From Lepidodermella squamata (Eukaryota > Animalia > Gastrotricha), in assembly GCA_047495785.1 (NCBI GenBank), contig JBLDXI010000025.1, positions 1,550,001-1,614,000 on the forward strand: a stretch of 64,000 bases of DNA, given 5' to 3'. Positions 12,128 through 24,400 of this stretch are shown here, in pieces. Each line of letters starts with the position of its first letter. The first letter of the stretch is position 1. Below the pieces are notes generated by a model, which saw nothing but the letters and a program-made list of their open reading frames with translations, did no database searches and was not told the DNA's origin. Position numbers and translations under genes: made by a program.

Positions 12128-14738
12128 TCATCTTGGTGCAGCGATCTCTCTGGAGTGGAGGGTCCCCGGCTTAGCAGCATGGGGTTTCATGTAGCTGGAT
12201 ATCGACCAAAAGAAGGAGTTGGACAAAGACATAGCTAATCCCGCAAAAGCAACGACAACAATCTGTGAACTGGCTTTCCCATCAAGGACAAGCAACGCCA
12301 ATGCTAGGCTGAATAGCAGCATTGATTGAGCTGCTAAAGCAGATGAGATCATGCCGAATTCTGGGCAACGGCTCATGTTAGTTTTGCTTGACTTTATTCG
12401 ATAGATCCCGCGTAGACCAACCATCAAAACGGCGAGGTTGACAAACAGCAGTGCAATCATCATGGCTATCTGATTTGGAGCAGAGCATATCACCGACATC
12501 GGCTCATTAATAGTATCAGATTCGATAAGGTAGAAGGACATCTCGTACTGTATGAGAGAGCAGGTCATCGAGTCACCGATCAAATAAATGCCGGCGGCTA
12601 GTCCGCAAAAGATGCTGAAAATAGGAGATACACCGGTGGATATCTTATCCGCTGCTCTCAAATGAATCTTCCTCAAAGCTCGTAGCTCGTTATCGTTATC
12701 TGTGCGCTGTATTGCGATTCTTTGTGCAGTGACGTTGCTTACTCGTGAGTTGGCTGTTCTTTGAGAAGAAATGTTGGTGGCGCGGCTTATGCGAGCTTCG
12801 GCTATCACAACTGCGATTTCGTATAGCTTCACCGCGAGAAAATGTGATCTAGCCGAGAGGAGACAATTCAAAGCTGAGATCGCTACGACGAACAAGATGT
12901 AGCGAGAATAAGTCAAATTCAAATGCAACGGGTGTTGCGGGTCTAGACTGTTTCCGCCTTCATAAACGAACAACACTGATACTGCATTCGTTAGCAAACA
13001 AATAAACATTCCCAGAGTCTTAGTTCTCCAAAAGGTAATGCCGGCTTTCAAAGTGCCACGAAACTTTTTGTACAGCTTTCGTGATAGGTGTATCAACTGA
13101 AGTGCTGACAAGATACCTGCTAAGACACCAACAGTAGGTATAGACCATGGAGGGTTCCGAGTTGGTATTTTAAGAATAGCTGTGACGTCTTTCGGCCGCT
13201 TCCCTCCCCAAGCATTCCATGAAAAGTCGCTCAGGATGTAATTTGTAGCCGAATCCCAAACATTCACCAAACTTTGGCCATTCCAGTATTTAAACAAGGC
13301 ATCAGGCTGCACCAATCCATCTTTCGTGTATCTTATCATGGCTGTTCTTAGACCTCTTAGCAAAAGATTCCTATGAACTTCGTTGAGAACTTTCGTGAAC
13401 AGCGACTTGTTCTGCGATGAAAAGTAGTCACTTAGCGAGAGGTTGTAGTCTGCTTTCAGAATCTTCTCCGCACCGGCCAGAGTCCACAGTGCCTTGACAG
13501 TCATATCGTAGCATGTGTATCGGAAAATATACTCAGGAGGCCGGTACTTGTTCAAATACTCGGGCGCGTCAAGAGCTTGATCAAGCTCAGTCAGAGTGTA
13601 GCCAAGTTGAGATTTGAAATCTGGCGTTGGCTGTCCACCCTGGTACTCCCAGAAAATGTACGGATACTGCTTCAGGATAGTCTCCCTTGTACACAATGTT
13701 CCGGTTACAACAGCTGGCAAGTTTCCGGGTTCGAAATACCCGTTCGCATTGACGATGAAAACATATCGTGCTCCAGTGATCCCAGCACTATATGCTTCGC
13801 ATAAAAATGTCCAGAGAACTCCGTAAATCGTGGATGGAGCAATAATATGGATAATCCTTGCGTCAGCGCGTCGGAGAGCTTCCATGAGTGATTTTTCAAC
13901 TTTTCCGACGATTACCTCAACTGCGGCGGCCGTGGCATTGGCTTTGACTCCAGCTGTCACGAAGCCCATAGCATTAGTCACAAAATCGCGGACCACAACG
14001 ATTGAGAATCGATTCCAGTTTCCGAACTGAAAAATCCACAACAAGCCATCATAATTAAATTTTCTGGATTTGACACGAGATATTCACCCTGCAATCTTTA
14101 CACTTTGTACCTTAATGTTATAAAATTGAACATCAGGGAAACCTCCTGTCAGAAATATATACATCGATTACAATTCAAGAAGAGCTATGATTGTTGAACA
14201 TGACCGTATAAGATACAACGATCAGCTGAAACTCACTGACCTGTTTATAGAAATCGAAGTAACGAGACTCAGTTCCAAGTGCCGCTGTCAGATAAAAGTT
14301 CGGAAACCAATGGCGCTGCGTTACCATCGCCTGAAAGTTGCACGCCACAGCGACAGCCAGCAAATCGACATGGTGTAACATACCGCTGATACCTCGACAA
14401 GAGTCAGGCATAAATGGCCCTAGGATGATTGGCGATGGAAAGGTCCCATTGCCGAAGAGACCTGCGGTAATTTCCTCCACGTACTGCATCACAACGTAAC
14501 CAGCTCGAGACGCCTTATCGTCTTCATAGCGAACGACAACTTCGTAGTCGGGCAGAAGGGTGGCATCAGCATTCACGCGATCGACTACCAGTTGAGTTGT
14601 AGCTTTACAGGTCAAGCTGTAGTTTGTTAAAACACCTGTGAAGCTCATTATTTCGGGGATGACGAGTTTTTTCCTTTCAGTGTTCGCGGCTCCGATCAAT
14701 CCCAGGCATCCCAAGATTAACTCTACAGATTTAAGCAT
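12128..14738 (-). CDS. Orphan class C GPCR, paralog 3
   Basis: Exons 14738-14241 and 14026-12128. Same architecture and intron position as paralogs 1 and 2. Confidence 0.85.
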
Positions 14739-16409
14739 CTTCTATAATGGAGCAATAGTGGTTAGGTACTTAGTTTAAAATGGTCTGAAACTTAGTAAGT
14801 AGGCCATCTTTTCGAATTCGGCGGATCATTTTGGCTCGCATAGTTAGTTTCGTTTGGTGAAGCAGGATTCATTACGATTCAAACCTAATCCAAGCCCAAA
14901 AAGCTCTAAGATGCCTGTGAGAATTTAATAGGGAGATGGAAAAAGCTATCCCTTTCGATAAACAAGAATCAAAACTTGATATTACCAATAAACTCATTAG
15001 TCACATGTGTAAATGATGGATATACAGATGGGATATAGGTAAATATCGAATTGCAAGAAACGACTTCTGAGAAGCCTAATGAAAATGATAAGATATCGAG
15101 TCTCAATGAGATGTTAATTAAACAGCGCTTTTTCGATCGATTCCCACGACCCTGAATCGACTGCGCGCTTTAGCCCCGGTCAACGCACTAGGTTGATCGA
15201 TTACCCGAAATGTTATTGCCATGAGAAGAAAAAAGCTTTAAAAAAGAGAAGCAGCCGCACGTAACAAGTCTAAATACGCAGCCCATCAACCTTGAATCTT
15301 TGAATGAGAGCTCAGATATCTAGTCGAGATGCCAATATTCGAGTTCGAAAAGATTCCGGAAACAATCAACACTTTGTTTTTCAGTTCGAATTCAACTTAG
15401 TTTCTTTGCTTCTCCCTGGAATTTCGGGAATCTCCGGCTTAAGCAGCGGATGAAAGAGCTTCCGTGCTAACACCAGAGACCCATGAACCCCACCCCCTCT
15501 CCCCTCCCATAGCTCTACATTCAAATTCCGCTCCCGAAAAGGGCGACCCGCGAATTCGGAGAGAATAAAAACAATTAACAGCTCGTACGTGTTTTATAAA
15601 ATTTAACCTAGAACGCACTTCAACTAGTGCCTATGATTTCATTTTTCACTAATATAATGTTAACAACGTTTATTATTAGCCTCTTCCTGCGTCTGTTGAC
15701 TGGTTCCGGTTTTGAAGGCAGGCGAAGAACGATCATTGCCCACCTCCACAATTCTGAATTTTTCCAAGAAATTTCGCAATTTTATTCAATCGCATGTCGC
15801 ATGTTAAAAATCGTCTTTTCTAGTCGTTTTGTGTTAACGCAAGCAAAGAAAATACACGGAAAAAAGATTCAGAAGCTGTAAAATGAGAGACGTGGCCAGA
15901 AAAATTTCAGAAAATTTCAAAAAATCACGAGAAGCAAGTATGTGTTACGTTAGTATTACTGGGATTGAAAAATTCCGGAGAAATTTAATTGGTCCAACCG
16001 GGGAAATTACCGAAAATTGCGGAACCAGGTTTTCCGGTTTTCCGGTTTTCGAGGTTTTCCGGGTTTTCTCCGGTAATTGTTTTATTCTTTTGGCTAAGCC
16101 GTGGATAAAAGATGGAATATTTTCTCGGTAGTTTTAATTTAAAAAATTATTGAATTTTCTACACAAAGTTGCCAAATAAAGAAATAGTTGCGCAACTTCT
16201 GGGACACGCTGTAATCAATCGAGTTCTGAATTTTAACATTTTTTCTTTCAAACCAGCAGAATTTATTCACTTCATTTTACCTATCAAAGCAGAAAAACCT
16301 GGAATAGTAAATCGTCGATGCTCTGCAGTAATTTAGCTTAGCCATGCCACCCACATAGGAAATTAGGAAAAGATCAGGAAAGCACTGAGATTCTACAAAA
16401 TTAATCACG

Positions 16410-16413
<4 letters not shown>

Positions 16414-16442
<29 letters not shown>
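16414..16442. repeat. (TA)n microsatellite
   Basis: Directly visible dinucleotide run. Confidence 0.95.
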
Positions 16443-16445
<3 letters not shown>

Positions 16446-16669
16446 TGTTTTGGGAAATGTCTTCAAAGAATTATTGCTAATAATCTGCGTAGTGGTGAAA
16501 TTCGACATGTGGCACCTCAACCTTCGAACCAACCGCCCGGCTAGTTTGCAGCCTGGGCTGTTGCTCAACAGGAAACTTGTCTTTTACCTGCAATAAGTAT
16601 TGGAACTTGGGCACGCGCCAAACAAATTAGCTCAGAAGCATCAGCATTTCGGCACGTTGATGTATGTTA

Positions 16670-17106
16670 CCGTAAATTTCAGCATAAAGGCCGCTACCCG
16701 AATAAAGGCCGCACCTGAATAATCGCCGCAAAATCACCCTTGAAACTAAGTTTGGGTGTTAAGTGTTAATAAAGGCCGCACTCGTTTAATCACCGCACAG
16801 TTCAAGCGATTAGCTCTCAACGACCTAAAGCCGCCCGCTGACACTCTTGTTAGACTCTAGACACCCTCTCAAGTATGCTAACAGATTAAATTTCACCTTA
16901 GGCGAGTCGGAAAGAGACTAAATAACATGTAATTTCTGTTTAATGCGCACGCCTGCAAGCTAATTTGTAGGGGAAATACCATGTTGCCTATTAAAATAAA
17001 AAATAGGGAAAAATAAGGGCCGCACCCGATTAATCGCCGCATTTTTTACCCATTTCTCGAAAAACAGGAAAATTACTCGCCGCGGCCTTTATACTGAAAA
17101 TTACGG
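16670..17106. mobile_element. Tc1/mariner-superfamily (Tc2/pogo-like) MITE, 437 bp
   Basis: TA target duplication. TIRs CCGTAAATTTCAGCATAAAGGCCGC / GCGGCCTTTATACTGAAAATTACGG. Subterminal TAAAGGCCGC/TAATCGCCGC repeats. Confidence 0.85.
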
Positions 17107-17162
17107 TACTAAAATTATCAAGCTGGAATATAATCGAATATCAATTTGAACTCCGAGCGTAG

Positions 17163-17673
17163 AATATGTATAAATAAGGCCCTAGGGAAGGCTAGTTTCG
17201 AGGAAAAACTCACATAATAAGGCGAGGCGAAGCCGAGTCTTATTATGCGATTTTTCCGAGGAACTAGCCGTACCGTGGGCCTTATTAGACATATTACTCA
17301 AGGCGAAGCGTTCACCGTTCCCGATAAAACTGCAATTTAAATGGAAAAATGTGACATAATAAGTGATTTTCTGGTGTGAAATGCGACTTTAAAAAATCAA
17401 CCTTAAAACTGTTCGATGAAAACGGCCTTTTTGAACGAATTTCATGCTGAAACAAGAAAAGTGATCTCGCTTCGCTCGATGAAATCAGCGTCCCCTCGCT
17501 TTGCTCGTGCGAAAACCTTGCCCCGTGATGCTCGCTGCGCTCGCGTTTCACGGCGGGGCAAGGTTTTCGCACCTTCGGTGCTCACTGTAAAAATTAAAAA
17601 ATCCCCCTTAAATAAGCGGCTTCTTAATATGTTATTATGTTATTATGTAAGCTTCGCCTAGAGTAATATGTAT
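17163..17673. mobile_element. Palindromic non-autonomous element (possibly Crypton-type)
   Basis: About 130-bp imperfect hairpin at 17163-17295 centred on CGAGGCGAAGCCGAG. Second inverted pair ACATATTACTCAAGGCGAAGC (17289) / GCTTCGCCTAGAGTAATATGT (17651-17671). Internal CTCGCT(T/G)CGCTCG motifs. The family assignment is from memory of such motifs. Confidence 0.55.
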
Positions 17674-18497
17674 CAACGAAGCATGATGAAACTTGAAAGA
17701 AGAGAAAATTTTGAATTTTGAAGGCCAGGACATAATCGAGCGTAAACTGGCCATCAATTTTGAACTTGACAAATTTGTTTTCTCCATTTTTCATTATTTT
17801 CAGTACCAGTAAAACTGTTCAAAAGGCCTGGCGAGTAATCTGATTCCAACCAGTCGCCGTTCTGATTGCCAACAGCATTTCAACTGAGACTCGGAAATCG
17901 GGAAATCCTTTGATTTTCGCACTATATGATAATCGCCCATTGGCTAATTGCGAAAGCCGAGTTCGGGGCTATAATTGGGCTCGAAAATACGTAAAAATTT
18001 ATGAGCTTTTTGGTTGTTAGAAATTGAAAATTTACTAGCCCGGGCTTCTAATTTGACACTGACTGGGTATTCTTTTTCCCAGGAGAGGACCACTCCTGCG
18101 GTTCTTTTTAGTCTCGGTTGAAAAATTCATTCGCGCTGTTTTATTCGAAATAAAAAATTGCGCAACACCGACACGCGAATATTTGACACGCGAGTTGGCG
18201 CGCACGCGATCGCCAAGTTACGACAGCCATTGAACAAACGCGGGCGCCAAATGGCGAAATTTTTCTAAATAACATACCCATCCTATAATCTCGTTAGTTC
18301 ATTAACAATTTCATTTTACATTATTGTTTTATTTTAGCATTAAATTCTCAATTTTATCACACATTTTTATCGACACATTAACACAACTATAAAACATCAG
18401 TCGACAACTTTTTTTCAACCGATTATTCGCGATTATTCGATATCAATAACTTATTCTGAGTGACACGATTTGTTTGATACAAAACCTCAGGCAAACT

Positions 18498-21400
18498 ATG
18501 GGCCGATCCATTGTCGCTTTCTGCGTATTGGCCTCGTTTGCTAGCTGCGCAATCGCTGCTCCTCGTAAGTTTCAGATCTCTCTCATCTCAACTTTCGAGA
18601 AATTTCTAGTATTTTTTGAAAATTTTCATTTGATTTTTTGAAATTTAAATTCATGAACTTCAGCAAAGTTCATTGAGGGGAAGAGCTCAAACCTGAAATC
18701 GTGTTAATCATAATATTTTTAATATTTGTCGAAAATTTTGAAATTTTTTCGAAATTATGTTTTTTAATTCAAGAAAATTCATTTTTTAATTATTTGTTTT
18801 ATTCAATTATTCATTTTAATTATTGAAGAAAGGAGTAATTCAAGCCAAAAGAAATAATTTACTGGGTTAGAGACGATTTTACTTCAATAATTTGGTCGTT
18901 ATTCGGAACTCTGAAAGGTCGAAGTGATTGGTATTCAAAAAAATGTGAAATATTACCGCTGCTTTGAAATTGTTATGATTTTTCAATATTTGGGAATTTT
19001 ACAATTTAATTTTAATTTTTTTTTATAAAATTAGGTCATCATTTAGGTCTGATTTTCAATTTTGAAATAATTTTTTCAATTTTAAAATTTTGCATGCCTC
19101 GAATTCTCCCGATTTTTCATATTTCTGAAATTTACCAATTTGTTTATGAATTTACGTGATAGGTACCTGCAGCAATGTGGAGCTCACATTTTCCCTAACA
19201 TCGAACACAACTGCTGCCGACGAGTACCTAGCAGCTGACAGCGCGCCAAGCCGCCGCATTTGCACGGTGAGCGGCATTCAGGACGCATCGAGCACCGGCG
19301 GCCAGGAGGTGTTCTGCACGGACGTGGCGCACAGCCGCCGTTTGCCGTTCAACTGGCCGACGGGCGGGTCACGTGACTTCTACTTCTCGAAAACCGACCC
19401 CCTGCGCGGTTTGGTCTACATCACCGACCGGGCTCGCGGCATCATCTACGCCTGCTCGACCTCGCCGACCAAAAACGTCGCCCTGCCCTGCGTTGTCGCC
19501 TCAAAGGGCCGCACCCAGCCGAAGGGACTCGAACTCATGCCGCCGAATTTGGACGGCATGGCGTGGATTGAGACGGCTGGCCGTGGCGTGTTCGTTCTTG
19601 GCTCGACGATTGAGGAGGATAAGAAGGCCCAGCCGCAACAGGTGTTGTTGGGCGAGTTTGCCGCGATCGCCTTCGACAACAAGCCGGTGTTCAACCAGCA
19701 ACAGGGTGTTGATAACACCATGGTGCTGTATGCTGTTGCGAACAATTTCACCGTCTACGCTATCCGCCTAGCTCGCAAGGGCTACAATGTCAACGTTGTC
19801 GGTGATGTTGTCAAGGTAAGACAACTTTTTTCCTAATTTTTTAATCAATTTTTTAATCAATTTTTTCATAGCGAGATTGTGAAAAATTTGCGATTTCAAT
19901 TTGACAATAATATGGAATTGTTATTAAAATTTTAGGAAATTCAGGAAATTTAGCCAACTGACTGAAAGCAAAATTACCGGGAGAAATCTTTTATCTTTTA
20001 TTTGCTATTTACCAAAAAATTTCAAAGTTTGTTGGAGTAAACCCGAAAAATCCCGATGGTAACTCGTTCGGTAATTTTCGGTAATTTACCTGGTTGGGCA
20101 AAATTTCAGAAGATTTTTTAAATAAACCAGCCGATTCCTAATTGAATTGCTAATCAAAGAGCTCCGAGCTCATTTTTTAGAAATATAATCAGAAAAATGG
20201 GAAATATTAGGATCGCCAAATAGGACAGCTCAACCTCGAACAAGAGTCTAGAATTGCGCTAGAAATTTGGTTCAATTTTTTCTATAAACTCTTTAAAGCA
20301 AGAAGGACTCGGCAAATCTAAGATGGCCCTGCTGATAATTCTGTAAAACTTAATCTTGTGAATTCAGCTTTACCTCGCCTGTAATTTTGGGCTCGGTTTA
20401 CCTAAATTTTACAGCGCGATATCTGTTTCCATATTTTATTTATTTTTAATTGTTTTTTAATTTTTCAAGGTTGGTGACCTCCGGGCTCCTGAGAACAGCA
20501 CATTCTTCGCCCAGCGACTGCCACCAATCGTCAGCATGGCCGTCTACGATTCAGTCCTGTACTACGCCACCTCAAACGCCCTCTACCGCGCCACCCTGGT
20601 TCCTCGCAAGACCGAAGGCTTCTCAAGCTCTAGCTCTGCCCGCAACACTCTCGTCTTGTCAACTGCCTCGCCCACCGAACTCCACTCCCTGACCTTCGAC
20701 GGGCCGAACCAACGCACGAGGCCGCGTATCGCCCGGCTATCGCAACAGTGCCGCGGCACGAAGCTCGACACCGCCGGAGTGGCGTGTGCCCTAGATTCGG
20801 ACACGAAACGCACGTGCGAGCGTAATAACGGCGTGTGCGTGGCCCGGCGTAATGAAGATGACACAGTGACCGAGTTTTGCACGTGCCCGCTTGATTTCGC
20901 CCAAAATGATAAGCAAAAGTGCATCCGCTGGCGCACGCCTTACTTCATCCTGGCTACGCGCAACGGCGTTCAACACTACGAAATTTCGACCTACTCGCAA
21001 GATGCCTATGGCGCCTACCCGACTATGGTTCTGCCGAAGGATAAGCCCCAGGTCGAGTCTGAGGATGGCTTCTTCCCGATTCAGGAGGTCAACGACTACA
21101 ATGACGTCACGTTTGCTGACTCTGTCGAGGATGCGTTTGTTTTCCAAAAGTTCAACAAGCGAATTCAGCACATCACTGCTGGGTGAGTAGCTTTGAAATT
21201 CGCTGAGATTTCGAATAATTTATTTTCACCGTTTCAGCGGCGATATCACTATCTTGGTCCGCAACGAACCGGCTGCTTCGTTCATGCAGTTCGAACCTCG
21301 TAGCGACAAGCTTTACTACCTGGACAGCGCTAGGGTAAGAAAAAAGAATAACTTTAATTTCAATTAAATTATTTTTTAAATTAAACGTCATTCAATTATT

Positions 21401-24400
21401 TTGGAAATGCTTTTTGAAAAAGCTTTGGAAAAATTACTGATTTGTAACATCGATACCGGAAATCGAAGCAGGGCAAAGAATAATTCGTAAATTGGCCGGC
21501 GATAGTGCAAGATTAACCGAACTGTAAAAGGTTCAGTAAGGCTCGATAGTGGAAAAATGAGATGCAAAGGAAGTCTGGAAATTGGTAAAACCATGTTTTA
21601 GAGATATTTAGGACTGGAATAAAAAATTCAGAGTGTTGAATTGGCACACCTGGGAAAGTTCGGAATATTCAAAATTTAAAAATTCCGAAAAAAATCAATA
21701 GTTGAGCTTAATACAAGTTTTCTAAATGATCAAGTTTTTAGAGTTGTCCGGGCAACCTTAGGCAACCTGTTTTTAGTATCCGGAGCATGATTCCGATAAC
21801 TTTCCAAGTTATTAAAATATCTTGAATTGACTCAAAATTGGCCTATTTTTCGGATATGATTGTCGAATCAATGTTGTTATTTATTTTTTTCCTTTCACAG
21901 AACATGATCATCGTCACCGATCCTTACTCGACCAAGCAACTGACTCGCCCGATCTACTGGCACAAGGACCTCGTCGCGTTCTACCTGGACTCGAAGTACA
22001 ACACCCTGGTCGCTGTTCAAGCCGGCCCGGCCTTCGCCTACCAAAACGGCGGCTTCGTCCGCCACAGCACCCTGTCATTCGTGCGATGCAGCCTCGGCGG
22101 CTCCGCCTGCCAACAAGGCCCGGCTGAGGTGCCGATCGACGAGCGCAACTCATCGATCATCACCGCCTTCGACGCCGCAACCGGAAAGCTGTACATCGTC
22201 CGTGACCGCGAATTCCCGAGCACGATTTTGACCCTGACCTCGGTTGACCTGCGCAACTGGGACAAGATGCCGGAGACTGTCAAGCTGTCGGTTTCGCCGG
22301 CTCTGAAGGCGATGACCCCGGCCAACAGCCCGGCGCCTCTCCTCGACGTGTTCAACGACCGTGTTTACATCGTTGTTTCGCCGCAATCGTCCAAGTCTGG
22401 CTCGAAGACGTACGCACAGATGTTTGCTGGCTCGCTGTACCGCAGGACGAACCCGGCTGGTGGCGCGGGCGATGCGCCGTCAGACATCCAGGGTCCGTTG
22501 CCGCTGCCGCTTGAAGCTAGTCTGAATAATCCTGTCATCAAATTTCAGGTATGGGAAAAATTTCTCATAGTAATTCCGGAAATCCGTGATCAGTTTACCA
22601 TAATTTCTCTCGATTTTTGGGTTGTTAATTTTATTCTTAAAATAGATGTTATACCCAGGAGGACTTCGCCAGGTGACGAATTGCTAGGAAAACATTTATT
22701 TTAATAATTCCGAAAAAATAAAAGAAAATAATTCCGATGAAAATAAGGAAATAATTATATGAAAATATTTAGTTTGCGACACCTAAACCGAAGTTTGTGA
22801 CCGATGCCTAACTGGAAAAAAATGAAAAATATTCAAGAAAATAGAACATAAAGCTAATAGTCCGAAATCAGGTTGGAAATTTCCATACCAAAAAAGATGC
22901 GAAGTGCGAAGTAAAAATTCCTTACAGCGTGGGAAATTGAAAGTTCTTGCTGTTTTTTCCACCTTTTTTACTGTAACTTTGCCTTCGGAATTCTGATTAT
23001 TGATTTTATTTTTAAAAGAGATAGAATGAACTGCTCCTTTGAATATTCGAAATCTTCGGATCTTCGAAGAATAGACAAATTACCATGAAAAATTTCGTTG
23101 ACAGATTGCAGCAAATTTCCAAGTATCCTGGCATAAGTTTTCGAGCTTGAAGGTCGCAGATTTTATTTCAAAATTTCACCACCCAATCTGATTATTCTGC
23201 TATTTTTATGACCGAAAATTATAATGCTATTTCTTTATTACTGAACTATTTCATTTTTTTACAAAAAGCGTCATGAGCTTTTTCAAATTTCAAATTGTTT
23301 TCAATGGCCGAGGCATCGTTACCTAAATTTGGCGAATTTCGGTCCAAGTCGAAAATAGCATCGATTTTCAATTTTCCATTACTGGAATTTATGCAAATAT
23401 TTGTTATTGATTTGGCCGGTTTCTTTGCATTCCTCTATGCTAAGTTTCGGTTTTTTCCAAGTTCCAATTTGTCAAGTTTGTTCACATTTAGCCGAATTCG
23501 GATCTGCTTTGTTATTTCAGATTTAGACGGAATGAATAAATTCGCCTAGGCCATTCATTTTCATAACACCTATTTCAATCTCATAGCTTCTCATTTTGCA
23601 GATTTTATTCAAGTTTGCTTTGTTTTACAATTGCAGGCCAACTACCTGTACGATGAGCCGCTCAAGCTCGGCATGGCTCTCAACTGCTCGCGAAGCCCCT
23701 GCTCGACGGTCTCTGAAATCTGCGTCAACAACACGTGCCTGTGCTCGCCAGACGCCGCCGACTTCTCGTCCTGCAAACGGCCGTACGACCTCGGCGCCGG
23801 ATTCCGCGCCATCCAGGACAACTACGCGTGGTCGATGCCGCCGAAGAGCACCGACTGCGCCTCGAACGACGCCAACTGCCAGGCGGCTATGCGCAAAATG
23901 TGCGACGGCCTGACGAACGGTGAAAAATCGGTGGTTGGACTCGACGACGAAGACCTGCGCACGTGCATGATGGCTGGGTTCAAGGTCAGCAAGTTGAAGA
24001 AGTCGCCTGAGCTGGAAATCACGCCCAACTGCAAGGTCAAGCCGGAGGATATCTGCAACAACAAGACGCACGCGTTGTGCCCGGATAACGCCGATGAATC
24101 ATCTGCTGTTTGCATTGGTAAGGCAGCTCAAATTTTCATGCAATCAAATTCCAAGTTTGAAAAAAATTCTCAGCAATTATAACCAAAGGTCTAGTCATAA
24201 TTTTGTAGGTACGGGAAATTTTCAACAGTTTCAAATCTTTGTTGATTTCCGATTTTTCATTTTTCATTCTGAAGATATCATTATGAAAATTTCATTTTGG
24301 ATTTCAGACTTCGATGCAACCTTTAAATGAAAAATCCAAAAAAATTACCGAATTAGCCGGTTTTGGTTTTCCTCCTGAAATATTCAATTTTCTTTATTCC

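Noticed and set aside
15990-16085. TTTCCGG/AATTACC-rich motif cluster (similar motifs near 19970-20090) and CCAGGCAAGAAAA repeats at about 28621 and 29890
   Set aside because: Probably MITE debris, but I could not define termini or TSDs.
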